Below are positions 1 to 7,701 of a stretch of DNA of 32,188 nt, one piece after another (within the stretch, counting starts at the first letter, position 1; each line of letters starts with the position of its first letter). The notes beneath the pieces were generated by a model. That model was not told where the DNA came from. It searched no databases and was given only the letters and a program-made list of their open reading frames with translations. The DNA is taken from IMG/VR virus record IMGVR_UViG_3300022074_005601, positions 1 to 32,188 of that record; one strand, written 5' to 3'. The DNA is from a virus (taxonomy: Duplodnaviria; Caudoviricetes). Both the position numbers and the translations under genes were made by a program.

Positions 1-23
1 CATTTACTGAATGTTCTTATGAT

Positions 24-187
24 GGGGGCGAAATAGGATCGACAGGTATTGGATAGGAATGTGGAGCTATCCCGCGCAAGCTGGGTTAACGCAAGAATGA
101 GTAAACGCAAACGATAACTTTGCACCTGAGATGCGCCTAGCGGCATAATCTCTGGGCCCGCCGGAGCCTCGAAACAGAATCCGGCAA
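24..187 (+). ncRNA. ssrA: tmRNA, coding piece of a probably two-piece (circularly permuted) alphaproteobacterial-type gene
   Basis: The 5' end GGGGGCGAAATAGGATCGAC is at 24. The resume codon GCA at 107 reads ANDNFAPEMRLAA*(TAA 146-148). A terminal helix GCCGGA(160-165)/TCCGGC(180-185) encloses AACAGAA. No T-arm/CCA follows, so the acceptor piece would lie upstream of the window. Confidence 0.9.
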
Positions 188-205
188 CTTTTAACGGAGA
201 TAAGT

Positions 206-397
206 ATGCTAGTATTAGTAACAGTAGTATCGGCTTTGTGGTTTGCTGATAACTCTGAATTCATTAAAACCTCGAACGAACAGATTGCTGATGGTTATGA
301 ATGGAATTGGGTCGGTGTAACTAAGCCTTCTGGTGTTCCTGCTATCACAATCAAAACTGACACAAATGAATACATTCTGTATAGATTGGAAAAGTGA
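206..397 (+). CDS. small membrane-anchored hypothetical protein
   Basis: GGAG RBS, hydrophobic N-terminus, coupled to the next ORF by a GTGA overlap. Confidence 0.75.
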   Translation: MLVLVTVVSALWFADNSEFIKTSNEQIADGYEWNWVGVTKPSGVPAITIKTDTNEYILYRLEK

Positions 398-747
398 TGA
401 AAAAGATTTTAGCCGCTTTTATACTTTGTTTAGGTATTAGTACAGCTCATGCTGAACCTCAATTGGTAGAGAAGCCAATTCAATGTGCAACTCCAATTGA
501 GGTAATCAATCACTACGTGTTACCTAGTGATCTCAAAACCCTATTCATAGCAGTGACTAATATTCGAACACAGCATGGAACTATTATTCCTGTGCCACTA
601 GTTGTCTTTGTGAATCCAGACAATGGACGATTCTTAATTATGGAAGGCACTCAAGAAGAGGCTTGTGTAATTAATCTTGGTGATCGAGTTGATTTTAACA
701 TCTCTCATGATGATATTATTGCTAAGTTTTTAGAAAATTCAATGTAA
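394..747 (+). CDS. exported hypothetical protein
   Basis: Sec signal peptide MKKILAAFILCLGISTAHA, two Cys in the mature part. Confidence 0.75.
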   Translation: MMKKILAAFILCLGISTAHAEPQLVEKPIQCATPIEVINHYVLPSDLKTLFIAVTNIRTQHGTIIPVPLVVFVNPDNGRFLIMEGTQEEACVINLGDRVDFNISHDDIIAKFLENSM

Positions 748-750
748 TAG

Positions 751-1635
751 TTGTTAAAATTGGAATATTATGAACTAGAACCAGAAGATAATACTTTCAA
801 TCTTCTAGTAGCAGATATAACTCATAAATGTAATATGGAATGCTCGAACTGTTATATTCCTAACAGAGACATTCCAGATATGAATGAACAGCTGCTTTAC
901 AAATTTTTACGAAAATTACCTAACCGAATAGTTGTACGATTGATTGGTGCTGAACCAACCATGCGTAAAGATCTTCCAGATTTGATTACAGAGATCAAGA
1001 AGTGTGGCCACAATGTTAGTCTTACCACAAATGGATTGAAGTTAGCTAGTAAAAAGTATCTGAACAGTTTAAAATCAAGTGGTTTAAGAATGGTTTTAAT
1101 ATCTATGAATGGAGCTGATGATCCAGACATCTATAAAGTTATGGATGATGGAAGAGAATATTCTGATCTCAAAGTAAAAGCTCTAATCAATTGTATGGAA
1201 GCAAACATGATTGTTAATACTGGTACAATAGTTGCAAAAGGTGTTAACGAATCAGTAATGAAAAAACAAGTTGATTTAGTTTATAAGTGTATGAAAGAGA
1301 CTGGATATAAACCACGACTCGTTCCTCTTCTCAGAATGAAAAGCGTTGGATATATTGGTCGTCATATGGAAGGTAAATCATATAATGTAGACGAACTAGA
1401 AGATTTGTTTTTGTCACAATGTCCAGATTTCAAAGAAGACACCACTTGGGCTCCTAATTCTGGAACACTATGTAAACTATATACGGATGGAAATGTTTAC
1501 GTAAGATTAATTGATTGGTCCATTGATGAAGAAGGTGTACCAGATTCAGGTAATGAGTTACGCGGCCGCATTACTCCTGATTGGAAGGTGGCACCATTTT
1601 TTGAGCATGTAAAACAAAATGAATTCCAATATTAA
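751..1635 (+). CDS. radical SAM enzyme (MoaA-like core, no auxiliary cluster domain)
   Basis: CxxxCxxC (CNMECSNC), GAEP (GGE-motif equivalent), TTNG and ISMNG strands. The TTG start is uncertain. Confidence 0.9.
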   Translation: MLKLEYYELEPEDNTFNLLVADITHKCNMECSNCYIPNRDIPDMNEQLLYKFLRKLPNRIVVRLIGAEPTMRKDLPDLITEIKKCGHNVSLTTNGLKLASKKYLNSLKSSGLRMVLISMNGADDPDIYKVMDDGREYSDLKVKALINCMEANMIVNTGTIVAKGVNESVMKKQVDLVYKCMKETGYKPRLVPLLRMKSVGYIGRHMEGKSYNVDELEDLFLSQCPDFKEDTTWAPNSGTLCKLYTDGNVYVRLIDWSIDEEGVPDSGNELRGRITPDWKVAPFFEHVKQNEFQY

Positions 1636-2185
1636 CTCAATAACATTATCTCCTGATGACCTTGACTTTGACAGGTATTTGTTAAAGGTCGAAAGGCTTT
1701 GTCTTGGCATTAATGATACTTTATATTCAAATCCCCATCGGCTAAAAATAGATGAGTGGGTTGGCGTTACAGTATATATTGATGAATACGATGAAGTATA
1801 TGGGTTTTCATCTATAAGTTATAGAAAAAACTTTGGTAGAGGAGCCAGAATACTTAATAGATTTTATAAAGATCCCAAGTATCGTTTTGAAAATAATAAG
1901 AGATCTCTATCTCTTGCTACATTATCTATGCTTAAGGATCAAGTAGCTTTGTGCGAACAACTGGGATATCAATATGCGTTTATGAGCAGAGACTCAAAAA
2001 CTATAAAAGCGTGGCATCATTACTCAAAGTATTTTCAATTTAGAGAATGGAACGTATCTGATAAATATTATCATATGATCAAAGATTCGTGGCAGCAAAT
2101 TATATGGACACCATTGGTTGATAATGCTGAGCCAACTATGCAATCATTAACAAAAGAGGAATATAATGAATTACAAAAAACTTAA
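1619..2185 (+). CDS. GNAT-fold acyltransferase-like protein
   Basis: VYGFSSI strand, RFYKDPKYR motif-A-like segment, then helix and LGYQYAFMS; overlaps both neighbours. Confidence 0.55.
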   Translation: MNSNINSITLSPDDLDFDRYLLKVERLCLGINDTLYSNPHRLKIDEWVGVTVYIDEYDEVYGFSSISYRKNFGRGARILNRFYKDPKYRFENNKRSLSLATLSMLKDQVALCEQLGYQYAFMSRDSKTIKAWHHYSKYFQFREWNVSDKYYHMIKDSWQQIIWTPLVDNAEPTMQSLTKEEYNELQKT

Positions 2186-3026
2186 AGTGGGGTATCAAGT
2201 CGAAAATGTAAATTATGATAGTCCAGAGGATGCAAATAAGATTAAAGAGTTGATAGGAGAAGGTAGACTAGTAGTAGTCAAAAATAACGCCCATGTTCCA
2301 GCTAAAGATCTTGTTTCTTTATACACAAAAATTGGTGATGTTGTTGCTCAGTCTGATAAAGTAGTAGGTAGTGGAGTAGACGGATATCAAGAGCTTGTAA
2401 GAGTGAGAGCTAATGGTTTATTCAAAGGCGCAGAAGATGGTGAACTTGAGTGGCATTCTGCAGGTATGAATAGACATGGAGCAGAAGATGTAGTAGCAAT
2501 GTATATGAACAAACCTGCTGAATCTGGTGGCGACACTTATTTTAGCGACTTTCAATCTGCATATGATGATTATGAAGATAAGGACACAGTCGATTCTTTA
2601 CAAAGTAAAATGAGAACATATTCTGATGAGAGAAGTTTAAAAGCTAAACATTATGAAAAAGTATTCAATGATGAGGAAACTTATAGAAACTTCAAAGACA
2701 TTGACGGGGTTGCTGCTCACACCAAAGAAGTTGAGACTAAAAGTCTAGTTACAACTCATCCTATTAACAATAAAAAAGGGTTCTATTATCCTTGGGTTGT
2801 TATTAGAGGATTTGATGGAATGGATAGGAGAGAAGGACATACTACATACTTTAAAATTAAAGAACACGTAATGGATGATAAGTATGTTTATAAGCACCAA
2901 TGGGATAACTATGATATTTGCTTAAGCGATCAACATCATAGTTTACACAGGAGAGATGCGTATGATGGAGACCGTGAATTATGGAGAGCTGGAATCTGGT
3001 TTAGATCTGAGGCAAAGTCTGCTTGA
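2166..3026 (+). CDS. TauD/TfdA-family Fe(II)/2OG enzyme with HxA motif (candidate halogenase)
   Basis: WHSA (His97, Ala99) in place of WHxD; GGDTYFSD; HPIN; HQW..DICLSDQHHSLHRR; RELWR. Confidence 0.85.
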   Translation: MNYKKLKVGYQVENVNYDSPEDANKIKELIGEGRLVVVKNNAHVPAKDLVSLYTKIGDVVAQSDKVVGSGVDGYQELVRVRANGLFKGAEDGELEWHSAGMNRHGAEDVVAMYMNKPAESGGDTYFSDFQSAYDDYEDKDTVDSLQSKMRTYSDERSLKAKHYEKVFNDEETYRNFKDIDGVAAHTKEVETKSLVTTHPINNKKGFYYPWVVIRGFDGMDRREGHTTYFKIKEHVMDDKYVYKHQWDNYDICLSDQHHSLHRRDAYDGDRELWRAGIWFRSEAKSA

Positions 3027-3663
3027 CAAAGGGTTAGTTCGAATTCAATGTGAATATCCTATCACGATGAAAGAATTTGAATCTTTAGCTCACTCATTAG
3101 GCAAACCTCTCGTCACTTCTAAGCATGTTCTCAACGAAGCAAGAACTGTTCAGGAACTAAGTAACAACGGCTTGTTTGGAGATGGAGAAGTAGAGTGGCA
3201 TCATGACTGGAGCTATGGGCGAGGTAACTATTTTGGTACTGTTCTTTACAATGTAGAGAATGCTCATTTGTCTGAAACATGGTTTTGTGATATGTCCAAA
3301 GCTCCAGATAGTTTAAAAAAGATGTACAAAAATTGTATTGGAAGTTACTATCCTCCAAAACATTTACAAGAAGCATGCTTTAACGAAAAACAACTTCGCA
3401 TACTAAAAAAACAAAAAGTATCAAGACCATTTATTATTAATCATCATGTTACTGGTGAAGAGATTCTCTATTGTTCTATTGGTTCAATTAGAGATATGCC
3501 AGAAGAAGGTTTGGGTCCCATAAAACGTTGGGCTGAAGAAAATTGTTTTAAGTACAAATGGGAATCTAACGATATCTTGTTATGGGATAATCTAAAAATG
3601 ATGCACAAGCGTTTTGCTTTTGAAGGTACTAGATTTTTATGGAGAACACAATTTTTGATATGA
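2956..3663 (+). CDS. TauD/TfdA-family dioxygenase (canonical HxD)
   Basis: WHHD, TWFCDM, KWESNDILLWDN..MMHKR, RFLWR. The start may be 2962 or 2965. Confidence 0.88.
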   Translation: MRMMETVNYGELESGLDLRQSLLDKGLVRIQCEYPITMKEFESLAHSLGKPLVTSKHVLNEARTVQELSNNGLFGDGEVEWHHDWSYGRGNYFGTVLYNVENAHLSETWFCDMSKAPDSLKKMYKNCIGSYYPPKHLQEACFNEKQLRILKKQKVSRPFIINHHVTGEEILYCSIGSIRDMPEEGLGPIKRWAEENCFKYKWESNDILLWDNLKMMHKRFAFEGTRFLWRTQFLI

Positions 3664-4373
3664 AGATTTTAATTAGCAATCCGAGGCAAGGATCTAGTTG
3701 GGCATATCCTTATTTCAAAAAATATAATGAGGAACAAACACTTTGTAAATCTCCAGAGCATTTTTCAGAATATTTACTTGAAGCTAAAAATGCAGCTAAG
3801 TATTTAGGTAAAGCGGCATTAGAAAGAGAAAATGCTCGTAATATTACTTTAGAACAAAAAATCAATAACATTGAACAACATCGAATGAATGGTTTTGAAT
3901 TCAACATGAAGATTCATGCTTTTCATCTATTTTATAGATATGGTGATGGAGTAGTGTATGATTGGTTTAAAGAGTTTTATTCGAATGCAGAAATATATAT
4001 TATTCGTAGAAAAGATATGTACAGAGCATATTTGAGCTTATTAACTCATCTTACAAAAGGCAGAGGATATTGGCATAACTGTGGCCACGAAGAAGCTGAA
4101 TTGATTAGAGCTTGTAGCAAGTTTGAATTTAAACATAATGAACCTATGTGGAAGTCTTTTAAACACGTTAACAATTGTATGGATAAAGTACAAGGAACAA
4201 TTTTATATCTTGAAGATATTAGTGATGAATATTTAAGTGATCTTCTCGGAATAAAGATTGAACAAAAAATTCATAAGTGGAATATCAATTATGAAATGTT
4301 TTATACAAAAAAAGAACTAAATACTATTAGAGATATTATCGACAAGGGGTACAATAATGTCGTCCCCAATTGA
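3660..4373 (+). CDS. PAPS-dependent sulfotransferase-like protein (Stf0-like)
   Basis: 5'-PSB loop SNPRQGSSW, 3'-PB-like IIRRKDMYRAYLS, and LYLED. Start ATG 3660 overlaps the upstream TGA (ATGA). Confidence 0.65.
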   Translation: MKILISNPRQGSSWAYPYFKKYNEEQTLCKSPEHFSEYLLEAKNAAKYLGKAALERENARNITLEQKINNIEQHRMNGFEFNMKIHAFHLFYRYGDGVVYDWFKEFYSNAEIYIIRRKDMYRAYLSLLTHLTKGRGYWHNCGHEEAELIRACSKFEFKHNEPMWKSFKHVNNCMDKVQGTILYLEDISDEYLSDLLGIKIEQKIHKWNINYEMFYTKKELNTIRDIIDKGYNNVVPN

Positions 4374-4851
4374 AATTTATGACGGTATCAAAGAATATCC
4401 TAAACAACAATTGTTGGAAGAGTACAATCTTTTGAAAGATAATGAAAAAGATTATGCTGATTCTATTACACCAACAGGAGTTCCGTACTGGAAAGTTATT
4501 CGTGGTGATGATATGATATCAGAGTTTGCAGCCAAGGTAGCAAATTATTTTAAAAAAACATATAATATTGAAGGTAAAGTAGATGGAAGATTTTATAGAC
4601 TTCTAGCTAATGCAACACTACCTTATCACACAGATCGATCAACACAGTGTTCTGTTAATATGATTCTGTCAGAAGGACAAGCTCCAGTAAAATTTAAAGT
4701 TAATGGAGTCGAGACTGAATATCTATACGACATAGCTCTATTGAATACACAAGTAGAGCACAGTGTTCAGAATGGTGAAGAAGACAGAATTATTTTTAAG
4801 ATTTCAGTGTTTGATGAATCCTATGATTCAGTAGCTGCAAAGATTAACTAA
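4357..4851 (+). CDS. small 2OG-Fe(II) oxygenase (cupin/AspH-like)
   Basis: LPYHTD, distal EHSVQN, RIIFKIS. Confidence 0.8.
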   Translation: MSSPIEIYDGIKEYPKQQLLEEYNLLKDNEKDYADSITPTGVPYWKVIRGDDMISEFAAKVANYFKKTYNIEGKVDGRFYRLLANATLPYHTDRSTQCSVNMILSEGQAPVKFKVNGVETEYLYDIALLNTQVEHSVQNGEEDRIIFKISVFDESYDSVAAKIN

Positions 4852-5302
4852 CACATCCTACTATGTGAATTCTTTCTTCAAAAGAGGCATTCAAAGCTGT
4901 GTGCCTCTTTCTTGTATCTATTACATAATGATTACCATCAGCAGGATATCTTTTCAACTCATCATCTATAATGAACATGCAATTCGTATTAGTGATAAGA
5001 GGAATGTGAACTCTTATAGACATGTCTCTATGATATGAGTAGCACGTTTTTGGCTTTAATACCATTACACGAGTTCGGAACATCTTCAGATCTGAAATAA
5101 CAGAGTTTGTATATTTCAGCTGAGGAAAACAAAACTCTGTGAAGTCTTCAGCTTTGTGGTTGATATTGTTATCCTGCCACGTTACTCTTTTTTCATGAAC
5201 ACCATAAAAGTGATCTTCCCCACTAACTGTCTGCAGGCCTATTCGATCTTCATAATCTGGAAGTAGTTCAAACTCTAAAAGAATTCTATCAATGTCAATC
5301 AT
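4844..5302 (-). CDS. aspartyl/asparaginyl beta-hydroxylase-like 2OG-Fe(II) oxygenase
   Basis: RTRVMVL, YSYHRD, RVHIPLITN, IDTRKRHTALN, RIHIV. Confidence 0.85.
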   Translation of the reverse strand: MIDIDRILLEFELLPDYEDRIGLQTVSGEDHFYGVHEKRVTWQDNNINHKAEDFTEFCFPQLKYTNSVISDLKMFRTRVMVLKPKTCYSYHRDMSIRVHIPLITNTNCMFIIDDELKRYPADGNHYVIDTRKRHTALNASFEERIHIVGCVS

Positions 5303-5481
5303 CTAATCTTATACCAGTCTCTCAGTTCACCTTCTTCTTTATGCATATACTTACTTATAGAGGCCAACACAACTTTATCTTCATCATGATCTATAACAAC
5401 CCAATCACTTGAGCCGGAGGGAGATTTCACAATATCCCCTCTTTTTAAAACTGTGTGGCCAACCTTGTTTTGAAGTATCAT
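5299..5481 (-). CDS. small hypothetical protein (SH3/KOW-like beta fold possible)
   Basis: Strong GGAGGAG RBS on the minus strand (CTCCTCC 5485-5491); LKRGDIVKS; coupled to the oxygenase gene. Confidence 0.7.
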   Translation of the reverse strand: MILQNKVGHTVLKRGDIVKSPSGSSDWVVIDHDEDKVVLASISKYMHKEEGELRDWYKIR

Positions 5482-5506
5482 AGACTCCTCCTTTGGTTGG
5501 TGAGTA

Positions 5507-5514
5507 TATTTATG
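5507..5514 (-). promoter_or_regulatory. T4-like late promoter variant CATAAATA
   Basis: One mismatch to TATAAATA, correctly placed upstream of the RBS of the minus-strand gene pair. Confidence 0.5.
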
Positions 5515-5558
5515 TTAAAAAAAAAATTAAAAAAGTTTGTTTTAGATGAAAAAAGTTG

Positions 5559-5587
5559 TTGACTTCTCGGTCGAATGGAGTGATAAT
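5559..5587 (+). promoter_or_regulatory. sigma70-like early promoter
   Basis: TTGACT-17nt-GATAAT with upstream A/T tracts (UP-like); the downstream leader is shared with the promoter at 30149. Confidence 0.8.
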
Positions 5588-5616
5588 ATATGTATAGAAT
5601 GAAAGAGGAGAAAGAA

Positions 5617-5820
5617 ATGGGAAAAGTTAAAGCGTGGGCAATGGATTGTGAAGACATGTTTTGGGAAGGAGCTCAGGACGTTGTTATTGAGTGTGAGAAC
5701 TTTCAGCAGTTTGTTGAAGTTATGCAACCTCAGTTAGATCTGGTTGTTCATTTAGATAAGCAAGAGATCGATTTTGGTCTTAGCAATATCTGGTCAGAGT
5801 TTGTGGAGAGTACTATATAA
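5617..5820 (+). CDS. small acidic early protein
   Basis: GAGGAG RBS supports ATG 5617 (MGKVKAWAMD) rather than 5590. Confidence 0.75.
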   Translation: MGKVKAWAMDCEDMFWEGAQDVVIECENFQQFVEVMQPQLDLVVHLDKQEIDFGLSNIWSEFVESTI

Positions 5821-5900
5821 TGTTTATGTTGTTGAAAATCACCCTCGCTACCATGGGTATATTTATGGTAGCATCACTTCCAATTATGCTAATCTGGTAG
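5820..5900 (+). CDS. 26-aa hydrophobic microprotein (not in ORF track)
   Basis: MFMLLKITLATMGIFMVASLPIMLIW; GGAGAG RBS at 5805; TAATG coupling; fills the gap exactly. Confidence 0.55.
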   Translation: MFMLLKITLATMGIFMVASLPIMLIW

Positions 5901-5909
5901 GAGAGAAAA

Positions 5910-6866
5910 ATGGCACATGAAGTTGAAACAATGGCTTATGCAGGATCTGTTCCGTGGCATGGGCTTGGCGTACCGGTCTCAAATGATTTGACACCTGTAC
6001 AGATGATGGACAAAGCTGGTCTGAACTGGAATGTCCGTGAACTTGAATCATATATTGAGTTTGATGGTAAGCGTATGGCTACCGGTCAAAAGTCTTTGGT
6101 TCGTGAAACTGATGGAAAGATTCTTACTAATGTTGGTGAGAATTGGAATCCTTGTCAGAATGAGACTGCCTTTGAGTTCTTCTCAGAATATGTAATGGCT
6201 GGCGATATGGAAATGCATACCGCTGGATCACTGAAAGGTGGTCAGATGGTTTGGGCTCTTGCAAAAGTAAAAGAGTCATTCGAACTGTTTGGTGGAGATC
6301 AGATTGATTCTTATCTTTTGTTCTCTAACCCACATCAGTATGGCAAGTCCATTGATGTTCGGTTTACACCCATTCGTGTGGTGTGTAACAATACCTTGAG
6401 CTACTCACTTAGCAGCAATAAAGATAACTCTGTGAAAGTAGGCCACCGCGCTGACTTCAATGCAGAGTCTGTTAAGGAGTCACTTGGTATTGCTAAGTCA
6501 AAACTCAACACATATAAAGATATGGCTGAGTTTCTTGGCAAGAAGCGTTTCACTACTGATTCGCTTATTGAGTACTACAACACAGTCTTTCCTCGTCACG
6601 CTGATAAGCGAGTGCAAGGTAAGGCTTTGTCAGTAGATACTTTGTCTCGTAATGCTAAGTTGGCTTACGATGCTCTTGAGCAGCAGCCTGGATCTAAGTA
6701 TGCAGAAGGATCTTGGTGGCAGGCATTTAATTCTGTAACATTCATTACTGACCACGTTCAGGGTCGTAGTGCTGATAATCGTCTGTACTCTTCTTGGTAT
6801 GGATCTAACCAGGTTCGCAAGACTAAAGCTCTTGGAACTGCAATTGAATATGCGGAGGCTGCATAA
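5910..6866 (+). CDS. DUF932/DUF945-family phage/plasmid-like protein
   Basis: MAHEVETMAY..PWHGLG, TAGSLKGG..VW, YLLFSNPH, TPIRVVCNNTL, WQAFNSVTF..DH. Confidence 0.9.
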   Translation: MAHEVETMAYAGSVPWHGLGVPVSNDLTPVQMMDKAGLNWNVRELESYIEFDGKRMATGQKSLVRETDGKILTNVGENWNPCQNETAFEFFSEYVMAGDMEMHTAGSLKGGQMVWALAKVKESFELFGGDQIDSYLLFSNPHQYGKSIDVRFTPIRVVCNNTLSYSLSSNKDNSVKVGHRADFNAESVKESLGIAKSKLNTYKDMAEFLGKKRFTTDSLIEYYNTVFPRHADKRVQGKALSVDTLSRNAKLAYDALEQQPGSKYAEGSWWQAFNSVTFITDHVQGRSADNRLYSSWYGSNQVRKTKALGTAIEYAEAA

Positions 6867-7135
6867 TGACTAAGACGAATCAAATCTTTGAGATCCTCAA
6901 GATCTCATCTCCAACTAACAAAGAACTTGCCAAAGCTATTTTTGGCAAGGACACCCCACAAACTCGCGGAAACATCCGTAGGCGGATTTCAAATATTCGT
7001 TGGGATAAGAATGTAAACATTACTGCTAATAGTAATGGTCATTATAATATGGCTTACATCTACACTGAAGATGATCAACGATTCCAAAACCGTTTGGTCT
7101 TAGGTAAAGTTGGACGTCCAAGAAAGGTTGCATAA
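6866..7135 (+). CDS. putative winged-HTH DNA-binding protein with C-terminal AT-hook
   Basis: TNKELAKAIF...IRRRISNIR helix pair, GHY wing, GRPRK tail. Confidence 0.5.
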   Translation: MTKTNQIFEILKISSPTNKELAKAIFGKDTPQTRGNIRRRISNIRWDKNVNITANSNGHYNMAYIYTEDDQRFQNRLVLGKVGRPRKVA

Positions 7136-7326
7136 TGACTGAAGGTCCTCTGAAGTCCGCTTTGGACAGTCTTGATTCCCAGGGAGTTTTTTCACACTCC
7201 CTGGTGACTTATCGTTACAAAAGTGGTATACTTATCAAAGAAACGATAACTCGAAAGTACACTGAGGATGGTGACTATCAAGATTCGTTTTGTAGTGAAC
7301 CGTTTGGAAAGGGAAGTGCAGTATGA
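7135..7326 (+). CDS. hypothetical protein
   Basis: TAATG coupling within a tightly packed operon. Confidence 0.7.
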   Translation: MTEGPLKSALDSLDSQGVFSHSLVTYRYKSGILIKETITRKYTEDGDYQDSFCSEPFGKGSAV

Positions 7327-7505
7327 GAAAGCATTCGCTGGCAATGACAGCAGCTTGGGCTAAGGATTGGGGTATTCGTGGTTACGAACATCTTGATCCT
7401 CAGCAACAGGAACAACGCAGACAATCTTCTAACAAGAAGATGCGTGAACGAGATCGTAGAGATAATCAGAGGAGATATAAAGATGAGCAATCAACGAGGA
7501 GGTAA
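7323..7505 (+). CDS. hypothetical protein with basic low-complexity tail
   Basis: ATGA overlap, GGGA RBS. Confidence 0.6.
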   Translation: MRKHSLAMTAAWAKDWGIRGYEHLDPQQQEQRRQSSNKKMRERDRRDNQRRYKDEQSTRR

Positions 7506-7701
7506 GTGGAAAAAAGCCTCACTGGATAGTGGTCTTAGTCAAATGAAACTGAGAAACTTCTTTCGAGATTGTAAAGAGTTGCTTGAAGAGAATGGTGAAG
7601 AAGATGCGGCCTTTTACTTCGAGCAAGTTATGGATGAGATTAACGAAGGTCGATCTCTTCCAGGAGATAAACGAAACGTGTCTAAGGTATTAGGTTTGTG
7701 A
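7483..7701 (+). CDS. hypothetical protein
   Basis: GAGGAG RBS supports ATG 7483 (MSNQRGGKWK) rather than 7378. Confidence 0.7.
   Translation: MSNQRGGKWKKASLDSGLSQMKLRNFFRDCKELLEENGEEDAAFYFEQVMDEINEGRSLPGDKRNVSKVLGL

Noticed and set aside
67-264. Minus-strand 65-aa ORF
   Set aside because: Antisense to the tmRNA and the next gene; no RBS or motif
751-1635. Calling the radical SAM enzyme moaA or queE
   Set aside because: It lacks the MoaA C-terminal Cys cluster and GG tail, lacks the QueE N-terminal QGEG motif, and has no moa genes nearby
5515-5556. Long A/T tracts as an origin or repeat element
   Set aside because: Sufficiently explained as the UP element and spacer between divergent promoters
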